Shown here: positions 1 through 10,972 of the stretch, in pieces | Layout of the letters: each line of letters starts with the position of its first letter | How positions within the stretch are numbered: position 1 is the first letter of the stretch | Assembly (NCBI RefSeq): GCF_006345805.1 | Contig: NC_042998.1 | Span: 72,850,001-72,914,000 of the forward strand | Direction of reading: 5' to 3' | Source of the DNA: Octopus sinensis | Lineage: Eukaryota | DNA length: 64,000 nucleotides | The notes under the pieces: generated by a model | Databases searched by the model: none | Told to the model about the DNA's origin: nothing | The model's input: the letters and a program-made list of their open reading frames with translations, nothing else | Made by a program: the position numbers and the translations under genes

Positions 1-436
1 GAATAGAACGTGAGGTAGATACGAAGAAACAGAGACAGACAGAAAGACAGAGAGACAGAGGCAGACAGACAAATAGAGACAGAGAGAGTTATTAGAAAAT
101 TTGCTTTTAATAGATATTTGGTTAGGATTTATAATACCCTGTCGGTAACTATTTTCATGTGTATATTGTTTTGCTACTTATATGTTTAACGTATGTTCTT
201 ATATTTGAACTATTTATAATAAATACAGTCTATATTCTACGTATATTTCATGAATCGCTACCTATTAGTTAATTTTTGAAAGATTCAGCGCTTTTTTCAA
301 CATGTGCAGTATTCGGTTATATCTATTTCATGACTATAACTTATGCGTCTTTCGAGGCTTGCAGTAACAACTGCAAACTATTTTCTTATGAAAGGTTCAT
401 CTATCGCCAGTGATATTACTGCACGAAATATTAATA

Positions 437-662
437 GTATTGATTTTTGCTGTCATTTTCGAAGATTTTCATTCCACTTGATAATCGAGTCATTCAAAGT
501 CGCGGAAAATGCTACCGTCACGAAGTTACTCATTCAAAATGCATTGCTTGATCATTCAATTTCGCATTTCGGTCAAAGAATTTAGCACTTGCATTATTCA
601 AACAAACATGCCCGGCTTGAGCATTCAAATTAGTTGGAATGCGAGGAAGCGTCGTTTCGAGC
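437..662 (+). repeat. Left arm of an imperfect inverted-repeat pair (partner 2160-2380); MITE/DNA-transposon-like, with recurring CATTCAA submotifs
   Basis: GAGCATTCAAATTAGTTGGAATGCGAGGAAGCG here is the near reverse complement of CGCTTCCTCGCATTCCCACTAATTTGAATGCTC at ~2169-2201. GAAGTTACTCATTCAAA matches TTTGAATGAGTAACTTC at ~2281. Confidence 0.75.
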
Positions 663-959
663 ATTCATATTCGTACGTGAGCATTCGATTTCGGCAAAAG
701 TTTATTCAATTTAACACTAATTTTGCATGGGTATTTTTATTCAATTTCTAAGAAGTGACTGCTAAAAATCACAAATTTAAGTGACATATTTTGTCATGCA
801 ACATTTATTACCTTGTTATAGCTACAAGGAAGGAACATATTATGTGATTCTTCTGTCCACGAAAGTCTTTTTCATTGCAGCATTCGTAACCGGTCGGTAT
901 CAGTTGCATTTTAAATCCTTTTATCTTACACCACCATGTAATCATGGAGCCACGCCTTA

Positions 960-1500
960 CGTATAAGCGTATATCGGAAGAATATAGGGCAAGGCTTGTT
1001 GACGCCTTCGAGGGGCACCAAATCGATTATCTCCAACTGGCAGACACACTTGTGGCGCCTCGCAGACCGTAGTTAGTTCATTGCTATGGAACGGGCAATA
1101 CTCCTTTTATTTCCCCAAGAACTGTGCAAAAGTATTATGAGGACGCGCATTGATTCACGGAAGTGATCTCGTCGGGTAGTGCATATTCATTGATTACTTT
1201 GTGTACAACATTTGGATCAGGTGGTCTTTCGGTCGAGCCACACCCACAAGGCTTTCATGTTCGCCTAGTTGTCAACTTTCAGTGTAGGAAAATCTGCAAT
1301 GTTATGTTCGTGATGTTGAGGGAAATCGGCCTGGTTCACCACTTGATAGCGAACGATACCGTTACACGAAACTCTTTCCAGGGGCATGCGTTGAAATGTT
1401 CTCCACTGATGAATCCGTTTACAAGATCTACGAAAACGCGCGGCCACAATTTCGTGCGTAGCTCCAAGCTGACGCCGATCCACGGATCAGTCTGAACTCC
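960..1500 (-). mobile_element. Highly degenerate LTR-retrotransposon (gypsy-like) integrase remnant
   Basis: Minus-strand fragments in shifting frames resemble integrase motifs: LRTKLWPRVFVDL, MPLERVS, EYALPDEITS and QQALPYILPIYAYT (cf. W..LP...FAYNT). Locally GC-richer than the flanks. Confidence 0.4.
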
Positions 1501-2159
1501 TACCTCTCTACTCACCGTTTCTTAATTGTACGAAAATGGCAGCTGTCAAGTGGGAACTCGCTAGAGCTGAGTTGCAGCAAAGGGTTGGCGACCGGGAGCT
1601 GCAGAAGAAGCCGGTATGACAATGGTATAATGGCGATCACATATCATACAGCAAATCGCAAGGCATAACATCGATGCTATCACTCCAGAAAATTGTGTCT
1701 CTTGGTATAGATACACCCAGACGATACCTCAACCGCCAGGAAATGGACGGCTAAATCCTCTCATGATAACTATCCTTATTATGGCTGTAAACCAATAATT
1801 ATCTTAGTGTTCAGAACACCAAAATCAGAGAAATATATACTTTTCCCAACAAGACATATGCAAAGGAAGAAAACATACCACAACATAATATATTTCAAAC
1901 CACAGCAAAAGAGCATCTGCTGGAATTGTGAGTTACCTTGAAAATATTGAAAAGGCTGGAATGCGATTACATGAAGTCTTTAACTATAAATACATGTACC
2001 TATGCAAAAATAAAAGAATATATAGAACAGACATAGGCAAGATAGAGAGTTTAAACCAAAGACAATGGATGAAATCACATGCTTATGATAGCAAAGGTCA
2101 TGAGATAAAATGAAAGTAGCTATTGTGCTAATTTGATTGCTATGAAACGAATTTAACCC

Positions 2160-2380
2160 TCGAAAAAGCGCTTCCTCGCATTCCCACTAATTTGAATGCT
2201 CACGACGGTCATTATAATTTGAAAGATATAAACGCAAAATTATTTGAGCTAAGTGAGAAATTTAATGATCGTAAAACGAATTTGAATGAGTAACTTCATG
2301 GCGCTAACATTTTTCGCGTCTTTGAATGACCAGATTATCAAATTGAATGACAAACGTATGAATATGACTGCAAAAACCTA
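2160..2380 (-). repeat. Right arm of the inverted-repeat pair (partner 437-662)
   Basis: Direct reverse-complement alignment by eye; roughly three quarters of positions match in the conserved blocks. Confidence 0.75.
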
Positions 2381-3596
2381 TATTTTGGCCTTGTTCATTA
2401 TGGTAGTTGTCCTCTCAGCGAGCTAGCAAGAAGGTGTTTACATATCTATCCGTATCTTTTTATACATCTTTGCATACTCTGTCTCTCTTATACTCCAGTC
2501 AAAAGAGTCCGTTCATCACGTTTTCTATTTTGCAGTTGTTTGTATTTTTTGCAGATTGGTTATTTCTTGCGGTTCTCTGACTGAACACACTTGATCATTT
2601 CGATGCCTTAGTGCTCGAGACTCCTCACAAGAATTGTATCAGTTGATGTTGATACTACACAAGCTTTGTCCAGGCAACTGCCAACAGATGATTCTTCACC
2701 TTCTCATTTAGTAAATACATTCCATTTGATTGGTTTTCCTTGCAGTGTTTGCATTTTATTCTACATAAGAAATAGCACTACAACTCCACACATTGTGTGA
2801 CGTGACTACACGTAACGATTTATAATATTTACTATTTATCACGTTGTTCCTATTTCTTAGTGTGACAATGCTGACAATCAAATAATTATCAAAACTCTTT
2901 ATTTTAGTGATTGTCGGTGCATATTCTCAGCGAGAGAATTCAGATGAAAACTTGAAGAAATATATACGGTACAGATTTACATATATCTAAGATATTGAAT
3001 AAATTTCAATTAACTGAGATTATAAAGGCAATTAGTAGACATATTTTCGTCTTCGGAATATTTAAGATCAAAAACGTTGACGAGCCAAAAACGATAGCTG
3101 CACTATATTCAGTACAATCAATATTTTAGAAAATACAGGAAAACTAATGAAATGTCTCGATTACATTAGACTTCTTCATCGAAAGATAACCTTTCCATTT
3201 GGTAAGACTAGGTAAGTTCCATGTATTAAGGTCTGATTGTTATATGATGGGAATATTTAGACGGTTCTTAATGAACTTCCTGGTGCACGTTAAACAAAAT
3301 GCATGCCATAATATATACTTTAACTGAGTTCTTATTGATCATGTAAGGAATATTGATAATATTGCAATGCATATAATTACTATTACAATAAATACTAACC
3401 CAAATTAAAATCAAGTAATATATATATATATAATATATATATATTATATATATATATATATATAAGAAAATAGTAAAGTGTGAAAAAACGACAGAAGGCT
3501 TAAATGTTAAAAAATATATATTTGTGTCAAAATGTCTGGAGAATATTGGAAAAATTTTTTTCCTTTCCTTAAAATGACATAATTTTAAAATTTTTA

Positions 3597-3635
3597 AAGA
3601 AATTACCGTTTCGCGTGTAGCTTTTCAAATTTCTT
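3597..3635 (-). ncRNA. Hammerhead-like motif, U3-A8 core variant (left-arm copy, one C missing in helix III)
   Basis: Minus strand reads AAGAAAU-UUGAAAA-GC UACAC GC-GAAAC-G-GUA-AUUUCUU. Confidence 0.55.
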
Positions 3636-3846
3636 GTGACGTTATGTTTATATTGTATGGATTATCGTTGTTTTTATTTCCAGGAGATTTCTAAATAAGG
3701 GGAGGTAGTGAGTGATTTTTTCCGGTGTAGGGGAGATAATCGCTTAAAAAATTTTTTTTCCCATTTCCTTGTTATATCTCTGTGTCAGTATGTTCGGATG
3801 GTTGAGTCTGGGTTTGTACTTTTCAATGAAGAATGTTTCCTTGTTC

Positions 3847-3933
3847 AAAATGAGACTGAACAAGGAAACATTCTTCATTGAAAAGTACAAACCCAGACTC
3901 AACCATCCGAACATACTGACACAGAGATATTAA
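3847..3933 (+). pseudogene. C-terminus of a PLE GIY-YIG endonuclease (KMRLNKETFFIEKYKPRLN...)
   Basis: Translation matches the terminal E..I....P.LN motif of Penelope-like ORFs and is similar to RMNKEETFNNKYIPQLN at ~56255-56310. Confidence 0.65.
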
Positions 3934-4069
3934 CAAGGAAATGGAAAAAAAATTTTTTAAGCGATTATCTCCCCTACACCGGAAAAAATCACTCACTACC
4001 TCCCCTTATTTAGAAATCTCCTGGAAATAAAAACAACGATAATTCCATACAATATAAACATAACGTCAC

Positions 4070-4109
4070 AAGAAATTTGAAAAGCTACACGCGAAACCGG
4101 TAATTTCTT
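4070..4109 (+). ncRNA. Minimal type I hammerhead-like motif, U3-A8 core variant
   Basis: AAGAAAU-UUGAAAA-GC UACAC GC-GAAAC-CG-GUA-AUUUCUU: perfect 7-bp helix I, palindromic ACCGGU helix III, GUA triplet. Confidence 0.65.
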
Positions 4110-4282
4110 AAAAATTTTAAAATTATGTCATTTTAAGGAAAGGAAAAAAATTTTTCCAATATTCTCCAGACATTTTGACACAAATATATATATTTTTTAA
4201 CATTTAAGCCTTCTGTCGTTTTTTCACACTTTACTATTTTCTTATATATTCACCCACGTGCTTTACCAAACAAACTTTCTTA

Positions 4283-4325
<43 letters not shown>

Positions 4326-4341
4326 TATATATGTATGTATG

Positions 4342-4429
<88 letters not shown>

Positions 4430-4559
4430 ATATATATATATATATATATATAAAGGAGATATTTAAGAATTTACAAAAATTTGGAGAGGAATAACTGACC
4501 TGTCTTTCTAGCATTTTCTATATATATACATACATATAGGAAATCGAGAAGAGCGAAGA

Positions 4560-4675
4560 ACAAACAGAAAAAGGCTACAACGCGAGAACATGGTACATTT
4601 AAAGTATTAGCAGACGCTCAGGGAAGGAAAGAAAGGTAGCTTTACGTTTCGAGCAAAGCTTTTCTTCTTTCAGGA
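4560..4675 (-). repeat. PLE-associated short repeat with decayed hammerhead-like 3' half (4638-4664)
   Basis: Minus strand reads AAGC UUU GCUC GAAAC GUA AAGCU. The 5' core is disrupted. Shares the AGTATTAG..CGCTCAG motif with the 9.9, 47.3 and 58.1 kb copies. Confidence 0.5.
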
Positions 4676-4761
4676 TGGTTATTTTGTTTTTATCAAATAT
4701 GCACACGCACTATATATTTGTCCTTCACATGTTTAGTACTGTATTATTCTAACTCACGTCT

Positions 4762-4808
4762 TTGTTCAGAAATCTTTCCTCACACATCTGTGACCTCTTC
4801 AGTGACAA
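4762..4808 (-). ncRNA. Type I hammerhead-like motif, canonical CUGAAGA core
   Basis: UUGUCA-CUGAAGA-G-GUCACA GAUG UGUGAG-GAAA-GAUU-UC-UGA(A)CAA. Confidence 0.65.
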
Positions 4809-4899
4809 TCCGTCTTCGTGTGTGGTCTTGCTCCGCTTATACTCTTCTGGGAGAATGGAATGTAATAAGCAGGGCAAGAGCACACATAAAGACGGAAAG

Positions 4900-4945
4900 T
4901 GTCGCTGAAGAGGTCGCAGTTGGGTGACGAAAGATTTCTGGTCAA
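4900..4945 (+). ncRNA. Type I hammerhead-like motif, canonical CUGAAGA core
   Basis: UGUCG-CUGAAGA-G-GUCGC AGUUGG GUGAC-GAAA-GAUU-UC-UGGUCAA: 5-bp stem II; helix I is mostly G-U wobbles. Confidence 0.65.
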
Positions 4946-5228
4946 TAGATATGACTTAGAGTAAGAATAGTAATAAACGAGTGAAGAACGATTATGCAGT
5001 GTGGTACGCAGACATTCCTTTGTGTCGAATGTGAATGCTGAACTCTTCTGTTCGAAAATATAAGGATACAGATAGTGTGTCATATAGCCAGCTGGAGATG
5101 GTGTTTCCTGGGTTAAATAACTGTAACATTCGTCCTAACTTCCACATTATGTTGGCAAATAATCTTTACTTTTGAGTACTGTTACTGAACGTCTCTCTTT
5201 CAGAGATTTAGGAGTGATTATATATATA

Positions 5229-6455
5229 CAGGGTACGAGGGGTACTTGAGGACATTTCATTTTTTGCTCATTACATCTTCAACTTATTTAAGGCATCATT
5301 TATTTTATCAGTAGCCCCTTCAAGATATGCTCAAGAAATATCTCAAGAAATGAGATGACATACAGTCATAGTTGCTATACATGCAAACCTCAGTATTTTA
5401 GAACTTAGCAACCTTCGAAAATCATTTTTGCACAAGGTTCAGGTGGAATTGTAGGCATGTGATGTTAATGGTTCACCAGTATCAAAGAGAAAAATACTTT
5501 CACAACGCTCAAACACTAAAAGGACACCGGAATTTATGCCACATCTTCAAAGCAGTAACAATGAAAACCCCAGAAGATCAATGAAGTTCATTGCTAAAGA
5601 ACTTCGGGTATCAGAGTGCACTATCAGAACTGTGGTACATTGTAACATTCGATGCAAGTCCTATGTAAAGAGGAAAGGCCAATTTGTGTCTGCAAAGTCT
5701 CAGACAAACTGTCGTATCCGTTCAAAACGCTTACTTAAGAAAGTGAAAAACCCACATGAACAGGGCATGCTTTGGTTATTCTCTAATGCAAAAAACTTTA
5801 ACCAGGATCAAAATTCTAACAGAAGACATGATAGGCGGCCATATGCAGATCCTTCAGAAGTACCCAGGTTGATGCACATGAAATTTCTAGTACGATTACT
5901 GAGTAGTGAAGGTCATGTGATGCCTCCCCATTTTTTCCACAGGTTCTTAGAATTAATTTTGCTGGGTACATTCACGTACTGGAAACTGTTATCAAGCTCT
6001 GGATTGATGAAGTATGCAATGGAAGGGCCTAGGGGTTTCAACAAGACTCAGCACCTTCTCACAAAGCCCTAGTCACCCAAGAATGGTTGTCAGACAATCT
6101 TTACGATTACGTAATACCCAATATGTGGCCTGAAAACTCGCCAGATTTGAACGCCATAGAGCGCTGTTGAAAGGAAGACTAATCTTTATCTTCGTAATAC
6201 CATAGATTCACTGAAGGCCATCATTGTCCAGGTGATGTCCGAAATGGATAAGGACACACTGTCAGCATGTCAGCGGTTTCGGGCCCGCAATGACACAGTC
6301 ATCGATGTCGAATGCGGTTTCATAGAACAATTTACTTAAAAAATCATTATCAAAACTAATTGCATAAATGTATTTTCAAATACATATTTATTCATGCTAA
6401 AATATAGTTGTTTTAGTGTACACAAAATCTGTCCTCAAATATCCCTCGCACTCTA
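5229..6455 (+). mobile_element. Full-length but mutated Tc1/mariner-superfamily transposon (DD37D/maT-like), ~1.23 kb
   Basis: Imperfect ~30-bp TIRs (CAGGGTACGAGGGGTACTTGAGGACA vs rc TAGAGTGCGAGGGATATTTGAGGACA) flanked by TA at 5227-5228 and 6456-6457. Transposase motifs are FSNAKNF (first D mutated), QQDSAPSH and NSPDLN. Confidence 0.9.
5536..6330 (+). pseudogene. Frameshifted mariner/Tc1 transposase
   Basis: ORF 5536-6072 carries an HTH (RRSMKFIAKELRVSECTIR) and SEGHVMPPHFF. QQDSAP...WPENSPDLN lies in another frame, with a deletion after SPDLN. Confidence 0.85.
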
Positions 6456-6840
6456 TAGTTATCGTTAGGCCTAACTCATCGCAAAGGAAGTACTAATATA
6501 TGTAAAACAAAGTAAGAAAAGAGGTAATTATTGCTTTAGAAATAACAGTTTTAACTTATGGTAAAATGTATCGCAACTTGGATTCAATGCATGTGGAAAG
6601 CAACGTCCTCCAGTACTAATATCCTTAAGAAAGACACCCATTTTAAAGTACCTTCCTGTTATCGTTATTACAATATAGGATATTTGTACCAAATAAAATA
6701 TTATAATAATTATATTTCATATTTATTCACATAAATATATTATTTATTAGGCATAAAACGCATGATGAATATTACAGAGATGTACTTGCATAGCGAGTGA
6801 CTTGATCTGAGATCGTGTGCTGGAACGAAAACAATTGCAG

Positions 6841-6997
6841 CGTGGATGGTGTTTATAAGCCATTTAAGAAACACTCAAAAACAGTTAGATTCACTTCAAC
6901 ATTTAAATTTAATTTGTCAAAATATTTGACACAAAATGTTGAAGTGAAACTAACGGTTCTTGTGTGTTTCTTAAATGGCTTATAAACACCTTCCACG
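6841..6997. repeat. Short fold-back palindrome of the repeat family also seen at 11245-11367
   Basis: CGTGGATGGTGTTTATAAGCCATTTAAGAAACAC... pairs with ...GTGTTTCTTAAATGGCTTATAAACACCTTCCACG. The centre is TGTCA-AAATATT-TGACA (6915-6931). Confidence 0.92.
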
Positions 6998-7300
6998 ATG
7001 TAAGTGCATGATAAATATTTTGGTCATTTTATTTTTTTTTACAATTTTTACTGTGTATAATATAACGTAACATAGGCTTCAAACTTTTGCACAAGGCCAA
7101 ATTTTGAGGAAGGTTTAATTACATTAAATTATCTCCAGTGTTCATCTGGTTCTTATTGTATCGACCCGACAGGATGAAAGGGAAAATCGATCTCGGTAGA
7201 ATTTGAACTCAGAACGTAAACACACGAAATGCTATTAAGTGTTTTTCCCGGCATGCTAACAGTTCTGCCTGCTCCTCGCTTTAATTCAGTGAAATAGTAA

Positions 7301-7470
7301 GGCCGCGAGCTGGCAGAAGCGTTAACACGCCGGGCGAAATGCTTAGCAGTATTTCTTCTGTCTTTACGTTCTGAGTTCAAATTCCGCTGCAGTCGACTTT
7401 GCCTTTTATCATTTCGGGGTCGATAAATTAAGTACCAGTTGCGTACTGGTGTCGATATAATCGACTGGCT
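7301..7470 (+). mobile_element. tRNA-derived SINE (octopus OK-like)
   Basis: A-box-like TGGCAGAAGCG, B-box-like GAGTTCAAATTCC, and body GACTTTGCC..TCGGGGTCGATAAATTAAGTACCAG. A second 5' copy is at 17761. Confidence 0.75.
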
Positions 7471-8704
7471 CAAAATTACGGAACTTCTGCCTTGAGTAGA
7501 AAAAAATATATAGTAATAGTAAAGAATAAATTTCCAAGTGATAGTTTATACAAGAAGCAAAATATTAATAGAATATATCTACTGATATATATATATACTT
7601 ATCTCAACTGATATATGTCTCTTTTAAATTAAGAAATTCATGAAGAGATATTTTTCTAGAGACAAATATCACAAGTGTAATGTACGAAAATGAGAAAATG
7701 AATTATGAATTCAAATCCTTCAGATAACATCTGAACGTTTTATAGAAAACACATTATGAAGGACTAAATGATAAACAAAGAAAAACGAATATTTGAACAT
7801 TACGTTGTACAAATATCACCCATTAAAAAAATTAATTCTACAATAGGCGAGAGTTGAAAATAAATTTGCTGCCACATATTAACCTTTCCAATAATTTGTC
7901 ATATTAACTAGCAACTAAGACACGAAGTTTGATCTATACAAAATTAGTATTACTGCCTCTGTCAAACTTTTCACATAATTTATACTTTATTTTCTCCTAA
8001 ATTTGATCTCTGTCATGAAAAGAAATTCTTTTGACTAGACTGCTTAATTGAACTAGCGATAATATAGCAGGTTCCACCACCTTCACCGCAATGCTAATTC
8101 ATCGGATATCTTAAAACAAACAACGAAATAAATAACTCTAAGATAAATTTATTTTATAACGATTATTTCTTTAAAAATGACTTGTAATTTTAAATGCTTC
8201 TGGTTTGATATTCATAGCAAACGTCACATAAATTAATGACACAACAAGAATAACAAAAGCAATACAACGGCAATAGCAATATTAGTAACTGCAATTTTTA
8301 TTGTTATTATCATTTATATGATTAATATTGCTATCATTATTAATATTATTTTTATTATTATTGCATTCATATCATCATTATCATCATCATCATCATCATC
8401 ATCATCATTATTATTATTATTATTGCATTCAGTATTTTCATTATGATTAGGGTAACCTGCGGTAGAGTAGGAATATCTACAAATTAAATTACTGCATTCG
8501 CACGCGAAACTTCACGATACAATTTCTAAATCCTATGGCTGTGAGTTCGTTTATAATATTTCCTGTTGAGAAAACAAAAACTAAAACAAAACATTAGTTA
8601 TCTATCGGATTCGATAAACACGAAACTATACGTATTTGATAACCTTATATTTATACGTATTGTTATTAAACTTCTCATCTCAGCCATCTAGATTGGGCAA
8701 TATG

Positions 8705-8795
8705 GAGTACCAGTCAAGTACTGCAGTTGATAGTATCGACTAGACCCTTCCTGTCAAAACTGCTGGTCTTTTGCCGAAATGTCAAACCATTATTA
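8705..8795 (+). mobile_element. 3' fragment of a related SINE
   Basis: AGTACCAG...GTACTG..GAT...ATCGACT matches the tail of 7301-7470. Confidence 0.45.
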
Positions 8796-9113
8796 TTTCT
8801 TCTAGTTAATTATGTTCTGTGTTCAAATTGCACTGAGTACAACTTTTCCTATTACCTTTTCTGGGTTGAAAAAATAAAGAACGATTCAAATTTTGGTTGA
8901 TGTAATTAACACTCCCCTTCTCTAAAAATTGCAGCGTAGTAACGTATCACACCTACAACCAACACATTGATTCCTCTAATCAGGTTCCTTCAATCCAGCT
9001 TAGATCGACATAGCCTTTTAACTCTTCTGATATATTATAAAATATAGAAGTTTTCTCTTTCGACTTGCTGCTCAACATCTGGCCTATAATAATGATAACA
9101 ACTACAACAAAAC

Positions 9114-9114
<1 letters not shown>

Positions 9115-9183
<69 letters not shown>
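9115..9183 (+). repeat. (TAA)n microsatellite
   Basis: Direct reading. Confidence 0.98.
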
Positions 9184-9184
9184 G

Positions 9185-9855
9185 ATCTCAGAAAAGCACT
9201 ATTAAAATAACGAACTCAATAACTGAGTAACTTTGGACCCCTATAACAACTGAAGCAGTCACCCATGCACTGCAAAGACTAAGCAAAAGGAAGGCACCCG
9301 GGAACGATAAGATCCTCAACTTCTGGTTAAAATACCTGACAGGAACACATAAAAAGCTGGTTGAGAAATTTAATGAAATACTAACAGAGCCAGAGATAAT
9401 ATCTGAATGTCTCAAGGAAGGGAAAACTATCCAACTTCCTAAATCCACTGATACGGCAAACACACAACATTACAAACCGATAACATCTTTCCCTACAATT
9501 TACAAAGCCTTTACTGCAATAATATCGCAGAGAATGAGCAAGCATCTGGACCGAAACAACCTGTTTCCAAAAGGGCTCATTCGGCTGTAAAGACCAGCTA
9601 CTGATCAATAAGGCCTGAACTGAGGACAGCTGCAGAAAGAAGGGTCTAAGTATGACCTGTATCGATTACCAAAAGGCATTTAATAGTATTCCCTACACAT
9701 TGATCATAGAATCACTAGCCATGAACAAGGTAGCGCCAATAATCATAAAATATATAAAACACTCCATGACACACAGTGCTACAGCTCCAGACAAAAGAGG
9801 GACTCATAAAAACCAAAGTCATCCCCACTGGAAGAGGAATATTCCGGGGGAGACA
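9185..9855 (+). mobile_element. R4/Dong-clade non-LTR retrotransposon RT fragment (disrupted)
   Basis: KAPGNDKILNFWLKYL, HYKPITSFPTIYKAFT, FGCKDQLLINK and IDYQKAFNSIP; directly abuts a (TAA)n array. Confidence 0.85.
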
Positions 9856-9861
9856 CGCTCT

Positions 9862-10005
9862 TTAGTATTAGTGTGGCGCTCAGGAATAGAAATAGAAAAA
9901 GTATTTTACGTTTCGAGCCTACGCTCTTCGACAGAAAGATACACAGAAAAAAACAAGGAGAGAAACAACGAGAGAAAAAATGCGTGTAGGAGCTAAATTA
10001 GAAGC
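9862..10005 (-). repeat. Short PLE-associated repeat (family A) with hammerhead-like motif
   Basis: Shares GTATTAGT..GGCGCTCAGGAA...TTTACGTTTCGAGCCTACGCTCTTC.ACAGAAAG with 45.8-46.0, 47.2-47.4 and 58.1-58.2 kb. Confidence 0.85.
9902..9939 (-). ncRNA. Hammerhead-like motif with CUGUCGA core (A6U)
   Basis: UCUUU-CUGUCGA-A-GAGC GUAG GCUC-GAAAC-GUA-AAAUA. Confidence 0.55.
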
Positions 10006-10384
10006 TGAAAGAGGTAAAGAGAGAATATAAACATTTTCTGTTGTGGGCGTGTAAACATACCTTTCTGCACATTGTGTTTATGTAGGTAGAAATTCTGGCG
10101 GTTGTGCCCACCCGCCAGCAGTTTTAATCTGCATAGAAATTACCGTTCTTATTTACTTCACAATGAAATAATGATGTATGAATTCAAAATCAATCGACAT
10201 CGTTTAAATTAACATGTACTAATTTCAATACATATTTACTATATATAAACAATAGAAATGCACTGTAACATTCACACTTTCACGCAAGCACACACATACA
10301 CACACGAATTCACCATCACACACATATACAGAAACACACACATACGAAGAAATACACAGACACGCATGCATATACGTATATACG

Positions 10385-10423
10385 TACATATATATATATA
10401 TACATATATATATATATTATATA

Positions 10424-10477
<54 letters not shown>

Positions 10478-10484
10478 TATATAT

Positions 10485-10522
<38 letters not shown>

Positions 10523-10548
10523 TATATATATATATATATATATATATG
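10385..10548. repeat. Imperfect (TA)n microsatellite (representative; similar arrays at ~4.3, 11.2, 12.0-12.3, 28.3, 34.4, 45.7, 46.0, 49.3, 49.5, 54.3, 58.2 and 58.5 kb)
   Basis: Direct reading. Confidence 0.98.
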
Positions 10549-10905
10549 CAATATTTGACAGACACAAGAAATAAACATGCTTAATTGTATCCATAAATGA
10601 TAACTAAATCAAAATACATTTACACATGTGGTACATTAGAAAAGCAGAGAATAAACATTTGACATGATATGATAAAACCGTGGAATATTTATAATATTTT
10701 AATGGAAAGATCTTTTTGTATAATGAGTGCAATTGTGCAGTCCGTTTTAGGAGAATAACAACATATACAGTTTGCAAAGGAGTTAATGGAATGACTTAAA
10801 AGAAAATGTGAGACTGTTACAGTAAATGAGATCGACAAAACAGTGTACGACTAAAGCTTTTAGCTATGAATTAAATGAAATACATTATGAAAACGTATGT
10901 GTGTT

Positions 10906-10943
<38 letters not shown>

Positions 10944-10972
10944 ACTTTGTGTATATAGTATATATATATATA

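Larger units (their letters stand above)
3461..4246. repeat. Near-perfect fold-back palindrome (~390-bp arms, 9-nt spacer 3848-3856) of a Penelope-like element 3' end
   Basis: 3461-3847 is the reverse complement of 3857-4246, and the differences I found are short indels (mostly single-base). Confidence 0.95.
4721..4988. repeat. Old, diverged fold-back inverted duplication (centre ~4845-4862) carrying a hammerhead motif in each arm
   Basis: Arms align as reverse complements with many substitutions, e.g. CCGTCTTCGTGTGTGGTCTTGCTCCGCTTAT vs the reverse complement CCGTCTTTATGTGTGCTCTTGCCCTGCTTAT. Confidence 0.85.
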
